The notes under the pieces: model-generated
What the model was told of the DNA's origin: nothing
The model's database searches: none
The model's input: only the letters and a program-made list of their open reading frames with translations
Program-made: the position numbers and the translations under genes
Shown here: piece after piece, positions 38,787-64,000 of the stretch
Layout: each line of letters opens with the position of its first letter
Numbering within the stretch: position 1 is the first letter of the stretch
Assembly (NCBI GenBank): GCA_033442325.1
Contig: JAWQFM010000002.1
Location: 87,174-151,173, forward strand
Origin: Salpingoeca rosetta
Taxonomy: Eukaryota > Protista > Choanoflagellata
Direction of reading: 5' to 3'
DNA length: 64,000 bases

Positions 38787-39365
38787 CTTGCTCTTGTCTT
38801 GTCTTGGTTGTTCCTTGTCGGTGGTGTTGTTCCTTGTTGTTCTTCTTCTTGCTTGTCTTGTTCTCTTGTTGTTGTTCTTCTTCTTGCCCGTCTTGTTCCT
38901 TCGTGGTTTTGCTTGGTTGCTCGTCTTGGTCGATGTGAAAATGAACACGGCACTGGGTGCGATCGCACTTCTGCCTGTCACCCCTTGCTGACAGCTAAGG
39001 CAGGCATTCTGCTGACTGCTGATTCCTGCCGACACCGCACGCTCGCACTGGTTTTGGGTGCAAACCAGTCGTGCAGGCGGTCCTTCTTGCTTCTTGCTTC
39101 TTGCTTCTTTGCCTTGTTGTTTGTTCTGTGCCAAAAATACATGCAAGCGAACGATGAGTCACCCACCAAGTGGGCGTGGTTTCTGCACAGTCAGCAAACC
39201 ACCAAACCAAAAAATTACGACTGAATTCAGTGGGATCATCACACACAAACAAAACACACACAAACAACACGCAGCACAACAAGCAAGAAGCAAGCAAAAA
39301 GAAGACACAGCAAAGGAGTAAGTGATTTGATGTGAAGACGACTGACTGGCTGGCTGGTCCTGACG

Positions 39366-50426
<11,061 letters not shown>

Positions 50427-50490
50427 AGGCTCGTCGAGTCAGTGATGTGACTGACACGTATGACATGACTGATGCAGCATTGATGAGATG

Positions 50491-50743
50491 TCATGTGATG
50501 TGCTCGTTGGTGCGCTCTGCACCTTGTCTTTTGTCTCCGTGCCGTTGTGTCTGTGCTTGCTCCCTTTTTTCCCTTACTTGTGGATGTTGAGTTTGCTTCT
50601 TCTCTCCTGTAACTGATGAATCTGTGACAGCCTCCCGTGAACTTTGCTTCCCACACGTTTTGAATTGAGCCAAGGGACACATTTCCAATTTCTCTCTCTC
50701 TCTCTCTCTCGACACAAAAGAAGAATATGACAAGAGAGTGTAC

Positions 50744-50804
<61 letters not shown>

Positions 50805-51082
50805 GGGAAACACAGACATGACATAGACACGACACAGACAAGACACGACAACACAAAACGTGCGCGCCATGCGAAGGCAACAGCAAGTGCGGTGGTGCAC
50901 GTACGGTTTGCTTGTCCAATGTCGCGTTTCCTCTTCTCCTTTGCCTTGAAGGTCTTGCTTGAGTCTTCCTTGGCGCTGTCCGCTGACTGCGCACGCGGCG
51001 GTGCCGGTCGCGACGGCGCGGGCTTGTCCGTGTCAGATTTGTACATCTGTGATTGTGTGTGTGGGGGGGAGGAGGGACGAGC

Positions 51083-51113
<31 letters not shown>

Positions 51114-52340
51114 GCAGACAGGCAGACAGACAGACAGAGCGCACGAGAGAAGGAGGGAGCAGAGAAGTGGAAATGAGTCCCTGCCAATGTTGCTAAAAAC
51201 GCTCGTGACACCAGCGATGGGGTTTCTGTAAAGCCATCACACACACAACACACACACACACAGACGCACACATTGACGCACAGAGCTGAAAGCGTGGGCT
51301 GCAGCCATGACTTCCAGTGCCACGCCGTCTGCCTTTGCCTGCTGCTCGGCCCGCTTCCGCTGTTGGTGATGCAGCACACCAGAAGCACGCGTCTCGTGAA
51401 TAAACAGAACCACACCCCTCGTTAGCCAAAGACCACTGCCTGATAGCACGCCCACCACACACCACACTACAGCAAGCACAGCAAGCACAGCAAGCACAGC
51501 GGCAAGCCTAGCAAACAAGTTCATCAAACAACAACAACCACCACCACCACCAGCAGCAGCAGCAACCACCACCAGCAACATGCAGTATGATGCAGAGAGG
51601 TTGCTCCATGTTACCTCTTGCTTTGCCTTTTGTTCAGCAGACTTCTCCTGCCCAGGCAGCTTCACCCACGGTGTGGGCGCCACCTCGGGCTCCCTTGCGT
51701 CAAACGTCTTGACATCCTTTGCGGTGAGCTGGTTCTCCAGGAAGGTTGGCTTGGCCAGCTTCTTGTCGGAGAGCAAGTCATCCAGCGAAGGCAGCGCCTC
51801 TGCTTTGCTCTTCTTCGCTGCCAGTTCGCCACCATCGTCTCCTTCATCGCTCCCATCGTCTCCCTTCTTGGTGCGTTTGCGATCACCGTCCTCGTCATCG
51901 GTATCCGAATCGTCAGAGTCTAAAGGGCAGAGGCCGGGAGGAATGAGAAGGAGGATGGAGTTGGGTTGAGTGTGAGATGAGCAGGCAGTCCGAGGTTGAG
52001 CGTGATTGAGGAGAATTCTTTGTGTTGAACCGCGCCCGTGACCTATCTGACCGTTGGGGAGCGGCAGCCCACGTAAACACGCAGCAACACACACACACGC
52101 ACACGCTACCAAACGTGCATGCACACGCGCGCACACACGCACACACGCACACACACGCATGCGCACACGACACGCGTGTACACCTGTGAGATCGATGTCG
52201 TCTGCGCTCGCAAAGAAGGAGAACGCCTTCTTGGGCTTGCGATCTTCTTCTTCTTCTTCTGTTTCTTCTTGTTCTTGTTTGCTGCGCTGGTGCGCGTTAT
52301 CCTCGACACGACGCGTTGCTGTTGGCGGAGAAGTGGGCAT
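50491..52340 (-). CDS. C1orf52/DUF4660-like acidic-basic nuclear protein (multi-exon; last exon tentative)
   Basis: Motifs KKAFSFFAS..DSDDSD, EALPSLDDLL..KPTFLENQL and KEKRKRDIGQ. Exons approx. 52340-52184, 51919-51614, an exon within about 51390-51281, 51046-50905 and 50607-50491. Confidence 0.55.
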
Positions 52341-52411
52341 GGCGCCGTTGCTGCTTGCTTTGCTGGCTGCTTGCTTTGCTGGCTGCTTGCTGTGCTGGTG
52401 GTGTGCCCTGC

Positions 52412-52950
<539 letters not shown>

Positions 52951-53043
52951 TGGGTCGTGAAGATTAATTGATGACTTGCACCAATCTTCCCAACGTGTAT
53001 TCTGCTGACTCAGAAGCAACAACGTCACACCGCATCATTCGTG

Positions 53044-53054
53044 TTTGGCGGGAA
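53044..53054 (+). promoter_or_regulatory. E2F-like site TTTGGCGGGAA in the divergent uORF/OvoA intergenic region
   Basis: 11-nt match to the E2F consensus TTTGGCGGGAAA. Confidence 0.3.
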
Positions 53055-53358
53055 CGCCCTGACGCCCGCTTGCCTCAGGACTGCAAATTTTTGGAGGACG
53101 CATGTGTGTGCGTGTTGTGTGCACGTTTGCCTTTTTGTTTGCCTTGAGTGTGTGTGTTTGTGTGTGCGGTGACAGGTGGAAAACAAAACACACGCACCCT
53201 TCCTGAGCCCCGCCACCACCTTCCTCATTGATTGTTGCGCACACTCCACTCTCTCGACTACCAATCAACGACCAACCAATACCAACACCCCACCACTGCC
53301 CGTTGGTTCCCTTCCCTTCCACCACACCGGCTGCTTATCAACACCACCAACTGAGAGG

Positions 53359-56167
53359 ATGGCTGTGTTGAGTGCCCGCCTCTTGCACAGTGGAGGGCTG
53401 TCCGTGGCCCGCGTGCCTGCGGCTGTGGGTGCCATGCTGCGCGGCAGACATGCGGCAGCGCAGCACCGCGCCGCCCGCGTGTTTGCCCGTGCCCTCTCCG
53501 TGTCCACAGACGAGGACACGCAGGGCCACCAGGACGTGGTGGACTCCTGGCGCGTCAACATCTCCGGGGACCCCAACAAGTTTGTTGGACCACGACCAGA
53601 GTCGTGGTGGACAGGCAAGCCGCCAGTGCACGGAACATGTCCCGGCGTGAACAGCGACGGCATCATCCGCTCCCTGCCCCAGCCGGACCTGAGCAACGTC
53701 ACGCGGCAGCAGCTGCGCGACTACTTTGACAACTGCTGGACCATGACCGAGGTGCTCTTTTCTGCGCTGCAGACAGAGGAGCCCTTCTACCGCCCGCCCT
53801 ACCACAACCTGCGCCACCCAAAGATCTTCTACTACGCCCACCCGGCCTCCGTCTACGTGAACAAGTGCCGCGTCGCCGGCCTCATCAGCAAGCCCATCAA
53901 CGAGTACTACGAGCACATCTTCGAGACGGGCGTCGACGAGATGCAGTGGGACGACCTGAGCAAGAACGACATGCGCTGGCCCACCGTGGACGAGGTCAAG
54001 GCCTACCGCCAGGAGGTCTACAACACCGTCGTCGACATCATCGAGAACCACCCGGCCTTTGAGACGATTGACCAGCTCGAGGCATCCCCCTTCTGGGCCG
54101 TGGTCATGGGCACCGAGCACGAGAAGATCCACCTGGAGACGAGCAGCGTGCTCATGCGCGAGCTGCCGCTCGAGCTTGTTCGCCCGCCAGAGCACTTCCC
54201 CGCCATCCACCCAAGCGCACGCGAACACGGCGTCACGCCCGACCAGGAGCCCGTCGCGGGCAAGGACTACCCTGTCAACCAGTTTATCGAGGTGGAGGCC
54301 GGCTCTGTGAAGCTGGGCAAGCCCCGCGACTTCCCCTCCTACGGCTGGGACAACGAGTACGGCGAGAAGCACATGAACGTCAAGTCCTTCAAGGCTACCA
54401 AGTACCTCATCAGCAACGGCGAATTCCTCCAGTTTGTCAAGAGGTGCGCGTGTGCCTCTGTGTGTGTGTTTGGGTGCGTTTGGGTGCAACTTCGACAAAT
54501 GAGAGTGAGGGCTTGTGCTCGTATGTGTGAACGTGCATGTGTGAACCCTTCTTTTTACCACTGCTTGTTCAGCTTCTCACGACATCCTCCCCTCCTTTCT
54601 TCAAACACGCACACGCACACACACACACAAACGCAACGCGTGCAGTGGCGGATACCTGGACGAGAACGTGTGGGAGCCCGAGGGCTGGAAGTGGCGCTGC
54701 TTCCGCAACGTGAAATGGCCGACATTCTGGGTGCCCACCGGCCCCTCTGGCCTGCACCAGTACCGTCTGCGCACCGCATTTGAGGTTGTCGACATGCCGT
54801 GGTCGTGGCCCGCCAACGTCAACTACCACGAGGCCAAGGCGTTTGCCAACTGGAAGAGCGACATGGAAGGGCGCGACCGCACGCAGGGGTACCGCATCAT
54901 GACGGAGGCCGAGCACCACCGCATCCGCGACGACTACATGTCCGACGAGAGCCTCGGCGTCGCGCGCGACCCGGGCATGGTGGCAGATGGACACGAGATG
55001 GCAGACAAGTACGGCTTCAACCTCAACCTGGCACACGGCTCTGAGTCGCCCGTCGACGCGCTCAAACCAACCAGCCTGGGCTTCCACGACGTGTTTGGCA
55101 GCGTGTGGAACTGGTGCGAGGACCACATCAGCGCGCTGCCCAACTTCAAGATCCACCCATACTACAACGACTTCACCCTGCCCTGCTTTGACGGCCAGCA
55201 CAACCTCATTCTCGGCGGGTCGTTTATCTCGTGCGGTGACGAGGCGAGCTCCTTCGCCCGCTTCCACTTCCGCCCCCACTTCTTCCAGCACGCGGGCTTC
55301 CGCCTCGTCCTGCCCAACCAGACCGACCCTGCCCTGGTCACGTCGTGCATGGACAACCAGGGGCCCTACGTCGGCACGAACCCCTTCCGCAGCAGCCGCC
55401 GCGATGAGACGGAGCGCAAGTACCAGGCCGAGGAGGTCCTGCGCCAGTACGTCCACCTCCACTACGCCGACGACGCCAACGTCCCCGAGGCCGCCCGCGG
55501 ATACACAGACAAGGTGACTCAGCTGCTTGTGGACGCCGCCCGCGAGCACGGCGTGGCCACGGACCGCGTGCTCGACATTGGCTGCGGCGTTGGCGGCACC
55601 ACGTTTGCCCTTGCGCGCGCGTTTGAGAGCGTGCTTGGCGTGGACATCAGCGCGTCGTTTATTGATGCGGCACAGCAGCTGAAGGAGGAGGGATCCCTGC
55701 CCTACTTTATCCGCGAGGAGGGCGACATCAAGGAGGAGGCCGTCGTCGGTCTTCCGCAAGGCGTGGACCCAGCCCGCGTCGAGTTCAAGCAGATGGACGC
55801 CATGTGCATTCCACCCGACACAGGCTCCTTCAGCGCAGTCCTCGCTGCAAACGTGCTGGACAGACTGTCCTCCCCCGGCACGCTGCTGTCGCGGCTGGGC
55901 GGTGCGCGCGGCCTTGTGCGCCCCGGCGGAATCCTGGTCCTGTCGTCCCCATACACGTGGATGGAGCAGTACACGCCCAAGGACCTGTGGATTGGCGGGC
56001 ACGAGACCCCCGAGGGTAACGTGCGTTCGCTGGACGGCCTCAAGGCGGCCCTTGGCGAGAACTTTGAGCTCCTGCGCACAACACAGGTGCCGCTCGCCAT
56101 CCGCGAGCACGCGCGCAAGTTTGAGTACGTCATCTCGGAGGCGACCGTGTGGCGCCACCGCTCATGA
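53359..56167 (+). CDS. ovoA: Ovothiol biosynthesis protein OvoA (5-histidylcysteine sulfoxide synthase + SAM methyltransferase)
   Basis: Two exons, 53359-54443 and 54646-56167. DinB-like motifs LRHPKIFYYAH and FETGVDEMQWDD; iron motif HEKIHLE; FGE-sulfatase motifs GWDNEYG and FRPHFFQHAGFR; methyltransferase motifs LDIGCGVGG, ANVLDRL, SSPYTW and IREHARKFE. Confidence 0.95.
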
Positions 56168-56588
56168 GCCCGCCGCCCACCAGCACGCGGCCTGTGCTGT
56201 GCTGTGCTGTGATTTGAGTGCTCGTGTTGTGGTGTTGATCGCCGCAACCACAAGCTAATGATATCACTCAAAAGCGCACGCGCGCACACATGCACACGCG
56301 CATGCACATGCCAGCACGTGTTGGCCCCTGTTCTGACACTCCTCCGTTTTTCTACCTCCTCCTCCTCCTCCTCCTCCTCCTCCTCCCCCCTCCTTTACTC
56401 CTCTCTTTCTCTCCTCTCCTCTCTTACTCCCCTGTCTTACTCTGTTCCTCTCTTCCTTTCCATCTCCTATCCTGCTTGTTGTGTTACGACCAACACCAAC
56501 CATGCACACATTTGTTGCTACTGTTCTTGTTTCCTTCAATTGCAGCCGTGTGCCTCCGTTCGTCTAGTTGCTCTCCTTGGCCGCTTTT

Positions 56589-56638
<50 letters not shown>

Positions 56639-57239
56639 CCCCATACCATTGCGCCATGGTTTCTTTCGTTGCGTTGTGTGCTTTCTGTTCCGTCCACTGT
56701 GCTGTTGTTGCTTCTCCCTGTGTTGATTGCTGTCTTTTAACTTCATACGCGAACCCCTCTCCCCCCCCCCTCCCCACTGTAGTTCCTGCACCGTCACCTG
56801 CAACCTGCAACCAACCACCAACCCACCACGCGGCCCAATCTGCGCCATTCAACTAGCCACACACTTGGCCCTTTCTGTTCCGCCTTCACGTGGCCTTGGT
56901 TCAGTGCGCTGTTCTGATGTTGTTGCAGCCACGATGGCACGCCCCTTTTTTTCTTTCAAACCAACACCATTGAAGTTACAACCCCCACAGCATGATGTGA
57001 TAGTCCACAGACACCATCCACGCACAACTCACGGGACATGATGTCGTTGGAGAGAGAGAGAGAGAGACGGAGAAGGGAAAGGTGAGTGGAAAGAGATACA
57101 AAAACAAGAAGACAGTGGGTCGTTACAAACAAAGCTAGCATTAGCGTGGTGGCCACAGCAGTGCCGGGTGTGCATGCGGTCTTGTGGATCCTTCTTGCAC
57201 CATCCATCGCGTGGCGTGGTCTGTTGTTCCTTCCTGTCC

Positions 57240-57516
57240 TCATTTGCTTGAATCATTTGCATCGCCGCTGCTGCTTCCGCTCGTGAAATCCAGCTCCACA
57301 CCAAGAAACTGTTTGCGTGTTTGCGCAATGGGCGGATACAAGGGATGGTGGATGGAAGGGGGATGGGGAGAGGAATTAAGAAGCAACCATGAATGGTGGG
57401 TGGAAGAAGAATGGTGGAAGAAGAATGGTGGGTGGAAGAAGAATGGTGGGTGGAAGAAGAATGGTGGGTGGAAGAAGAATGGTGGAGGTGAAAAAGTGCA
57501 ATAGCCAACACGTACA

Positions 57517-57588
<72 letters not shown>

Positions 57589-57907
57589 GCACACCACACA
57601 CACCACACCACACACACACACACACACACACAAAACACACACACACACACAAAACACACACACACATATCGCATCTCACACACACGCGCGCGCACACAAA
57701 ACACAACACACGACACACGACCCACCTCGCCGCCTGCTGGTGCTGGGATTTCCTCGTCGCCCTCAACAGTGCGGATGACAAACAGATCGGGCTTTGGCGG
57801 CACAGGCTCCTGGGGACCGTCAAGCACAGCATAGATGTTGCGGTCGTACGGGTGTTGCTGTGGTCGATGGACAGTGTGATGCATACGCGCGCAATCAGCG
57901 ACAGTGT

Positions 57908-57948
<41 letters not shown>

Positions 57949-58835
57949 CGAATGCACAACAGCGAGCTGTTGAGTACGAGGGTGGTGTTTGGCCTCTCGG
58001 TTGTTTGGAAGAGTCATAGGGAGGCGCAATAGCATGAAGGACCTTACGTCGTCCTCGAAGATGTGAAGGTGGCGCATAAACTGTTTTCTCAAGTTGTTCT
58101 TCGGCAACATTCCATCCACGGCTTTCCTCACAACCTATAACACAAACAGCGGGGATGTGTGTGTGTGTGTGTGTGCGTGGGTGAAAAGGAGGGTGAGACT
58201 CGAAGGAGAGAAGCGCGTGTTTGGGATGAACATGCGTCGAGAAGAGTCATGGACTCGAACATGCACATGCGCGGCAACATGCACGCGCAAGCGTACCTCT
58301 GTTGGCTTGCGTGCGTGTAAGCTGGCAGCCGTCTCCTCCCGGAAACCGCCGGGCCAGCCCGTGTGCTTTCTGTACAGCTTCTGATTCCACTTGCGACCGG
58401 TGAAGACAACATCCTGCAACACGCAAGAAGGGCAACACAAGGGGGTTGGACGTCAGGCAAAAGACAATGACAAGCAAAGGGGCTTGAAATGGCCAGCGCA
58501 ACCATACACGCACGCACACATGCACGCACGCACATGCACGCAAAAGCAAATACAACACACACATGCACACACAGCACCCACGCTCACGCAAACACACTGA
58601 GCACCCACGCTCACGCACCCACGCACATGCACACACATCCACATGAGCACACCTTTGCATTGATGACGACGACGTGGTCTGGTGAGAGGACGCCGGGGTG
58701 GAAGGTGGGCTTTGTCTTGCCCCTCAACACAGCCGACACCATATTTGCCAGCCGGCCAACCTTCTGCCCACGCGCATCAACCAGGTACCATCGCTGCGTG
58801 TGCGTCAGCAGCGACTGCGAAAACTTGGTGGCCAT
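57240..58835 (-). CDS. MRPL13: Mitochondrial ribosomal protein uL13m
   Basis: Motifs RWYLVDARGQKVGRLA..LRGKTKPTFHP, DHVVVINA, KLYRKHTGWPGG and AVDGMLPKNNLR, over five exons. Confidence 0.93.
57391..57486 (+). repeat. 18-nt minisatellite (GAATGGTGGGTGGAAGAA), about 5 copies, in the last MRPL13 intron
   Basis: Directly visible. Confidence 0.85.
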
Positions 58836-59096
58836 GGTTGTTTGCTGTTTGCTCGCCCTCTCGCTTGCCCTCTCGCTTGCCCTGGCTGCTTGGCTGGTGA
58901 AGTGATGTGATGTGAAGGTCTGTGCCTCACGCTCTCTTGTCTTATCTTGTGTGGTGGCAGCAAGCAAGCGTGTGGTTCGAAAAATGGTTGTTGAGTTCAT
59001 AAATTTCTACAATCACCAGCTGCAAGTGAGACCACCACCAACAGCACCATTTTCACTTCGCAGGACCACCTTTACCCTCACACACAACCAACCGCC
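58836..59096. promoter_or_regulatory. Putative bidirectional promoter between MRPL13 and MMAB
   Basis: 261 bp between divergent ATGs; contains CGAAAAATGGT, also found at 8711-8721. Confidence 0.5.
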
Positions 59097-61033
59097 ATGG
59101 GGAGCAGACAAGACACAGGGCCGCAGGCGCGGAAGCCTCCAAAGTCCATGTTGTACACTCGGACCGGTGACAAGGGAACATCTCAGCTCTACACGGGCCA
59201 ACGCCGTCCAAAAACAGACATTGTGTTCGAATGCCTCGGTGAGTTGGCTTGTCACTCTGCATGTGTCTGTGTGCTTGTGTGCCTGTGTGTATGGCTGTGT
59301 GTCAGTGTGTGTGTGCGTTTCAGTGTGTGTGCGTGTGTGTGTTTCTGTGTGTCTGTGTGTGTGTCTGTGTGTGTGTGTCTGTGTTTCTGCCTATCTATCA
59401 GTCTGTCTCTGTCTGTATCTGTTCGTTTGCGTGTCTGTTCATCTCACCAGGTTGTTTCTGTCCACAACCACCCACACCCACACGCCTACCTTCTGTGCTG
59501 TTTGTGGACACCAGGACACGTGGATGAATTGAATTCACAGTTTGGCTTGGTCCGAGAGCACCTGGACGCACGCCTGCTGCACGACGTCGATGCTGATTTG
59601 CACGAGATTCAGTGTCTTCTCATGGAGCTGGGCACGCACATTGCCAGCCCTGGCGTGGTGTCCGTCAAGGTGTGCATGTGTATGTGCGTATGTGTCTGTG
59701 TCTGTGTGTGTCTATGCCTGTGCATGTGTGTCTGTCTGTGCCTGTGCATGTGTATGTTGTGTACGTGTGTTGCATGCACGCGTGCATGACTGTGCTGTAT
59801 GCACTGTGTGCCTCTGTCTATGTGTCTGTGTGTCTGCTTATGTGCATGGGTATGTGTACCTGTGCCTGTGTGTCTGCTTATGCGCCTGTGCCTGTGTCTA
59901 TGTCTGTGTGTCTGCTTATGTGCATGTGCATGTGTATGTTGTGTACGTGTGTTGCATGCACGCGTGCATGACTGTGCTGTGTGCACTGTGTGCCTCTGTA
60001 TGGGGTGGTCTCACGACGGTCATGGGTGTGCACGCGCGCCATTTCGGGAATTCCAGGACTTTGACGATGATGCAACGAACCTCAAGTGCGTTGTGTGCGT
60101 GTGCGTGGCAAAGGGAAGCACTCATGCGTTGGCTCTTTCAAGTGTTTGCTTTGTTCCATGTCTTTGTTTGCTTTTGCTTGTCCATGCTAACTCCACACGA
60201 GTAACTGCATCTGTAGGTGGCTGGAGCGCCGCATTGACGAGCTGGACAGCGAACTTCCGCCCCTCAGGAACTTCATTCTTCCCTCCGGCGGTAAGGCTGC
60301 CGCACACATGCACTTGGCGCGCTGTGTATGCCGCCGGGCAGAGCGCGCCCTTGTCCATCTCCGCCAATGCAGCAACGACGACGACAACGACGATAATGGT
60401 AGTGATGATGACGATGACGACGATAGTGGCGGTGCATGCTCGGCTGCTGCTCTCAAGTTCATCAACCGGTTGTCGGACTTTGCATTCTGCTGCGCACGCG
60501 TTTGTGCATTCAGGTGTGTGCCTGTGTCTCTGTGTCTGTCGATGTGTGTCTGTGGATGTGGATGTGTGTCTGTGGATGTGCGTCTGTCCGTCTATCTGTC
60601 TGTCTGTCTGTCTGCCTCTGTTTGTCTGTCTGTCTGTCTGCCTCTGTTTGTCTGTCTGTCTCTCTGTCTGTGCTGATCATCAGCTTATTATTCATCGGAA
60701 CTCACTGAACAGCATCCTGAGTACCCTCAAACTTATTCACTCACATGCGCTCGCACACACACACATGCGCACTCACTCACACACTCCCTTCCCCTCCTCC
60801 CTCCCAACGGTGTCCTGTCGCTTGTTCGCACCACCAGGACTGGCGGTATCGAGACGGTGTTTCAAAGCAAGCCGGACCGGCGGCACATTCACACACGAGC
60901 AGCAACCAGCAAGGAAGCACGTGCCCATGGTGGTGGAAGTGGAAGCAGCCAGGTCTTGGTGGTGGCAGCTGTGGCTGTGGCGGCGGCCGTATGTGGCGCT
61001 GCCATCATGCACACTGTTCGCCGGCACTCATAA
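59097..61033 (+). CDS. MMAB: PduO-type ATP:cob(I)alamin adenosyltransferase with C-terminal hydrophobic tail
   Basis: Motifs [53 protein letters not shown] and KFINRLSDF. Exons approx. 59097-59238, 59515-59669, 60057-60085, 60218-60513, 60838-61033. Confidence 0.92.
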
Positions 61034-61279
61034 ACGAACCGAAACGAATGAGCAGAACGAGAGCGCAACAGAGGGAGGGGAGGGAGTGGGAAAGAAAGGG
61101 AAAGAGAGTAGGAAGAGAGTAGAGACGCACGAAACAACATCATGTCATGTGTCAACAACACAGCACGCTTTCGCTTTTCGCTTCTCATCACAGCGAAAAC
61201 CGCGCACAAATCCACCCACGTGTTTGCTTTGCACACGCGATTTGAACCAACAAACAAAGCAAGCAAGCAAGAGACGAAG

Positions 61280-64000
<2,721 letters not shown>

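Noticed and set aside
38787-39146. In-frame 5' extension of the VWA ORF
   Set aside because: Low-complexity A/C/G-rich sequence typical of the 5' UTRs here; ATG 38786 (AAGATGG) is the more plausible start.
53338-56158. Long antisense ORFs opposite OvoA (also 37797-39224 opposite VWA and 24919-26182 opposite TAF2)
   Set aside because: Expected shadows of GC3-biased coding sequence; no recognisable motifs.
57391-57486. Short direct repeats as a possible CRISPR array (also 36340-36404, 31390-31450, 20850-20895)
   Set aside because: Head-to-tail minisatellites without unique spacers; eukaryotic context and no cas genes.
59743-59999. About 75-nt imperfect duplication in an MMAB intron
   Set aside because: Degenerate (GT)-derived sequence; no TIRs, TSDs or coding potential.
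53359-61033. OvoA-MRPL13-MMAB as a metabolic gene cluster
   Set aside because: No shared pathway: OvoA methylation is SAM-dependent, not B12-dependent. Adjacency is probably incidental.

Overview
Eukaryotic, intron-rich genomic DNA with (GT)n/(CA)n microsatellites in almost every intron and four N gaps. This style suggests a choanoflagellate such as Salpingoeca rosetta (inference, not shown by the sequence). Most ORFs in the supplied track are microsatellite read-through artefacts. Stitching GT-AG exons by hand gives 12 genes plus one microprotein ORF: coiled-coil/IRS-type PTB protein (+, 5' truncated), nuclease-fold + atypical kinase protein (-), EXOSC8 (+), POLR3A (-), TAF2 (+), intronless VWA protein (-), ASK-family MAP3K (+), C1orf52-like protein with an upstream 49-aa TM microprotein (-), OvoA (+), MRPL13 (-), MMAB (+) and PELP1/RIX1 (+, 3' truncated). 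Most notable: (1) a spliced PD-(D/E)XK nuclease-kinase fusion with a Crinkler-like effector architecture; (2) a cobalamin adenosyltransferase with a C-terminal tail anchor and no N-terminal presequence; (3) a TM microprotein whose ATG is created by splicing; (4) OvoA with a mitochondrial-type presequence; (5) overlapping convergent EXOSC8/POLR3A coding ends; (6) strict strand alternation over 11 genes; (7) frame-disrupting tandem duplications in essential genes. All family calls come from motif recognition by eye. No database searches were run.
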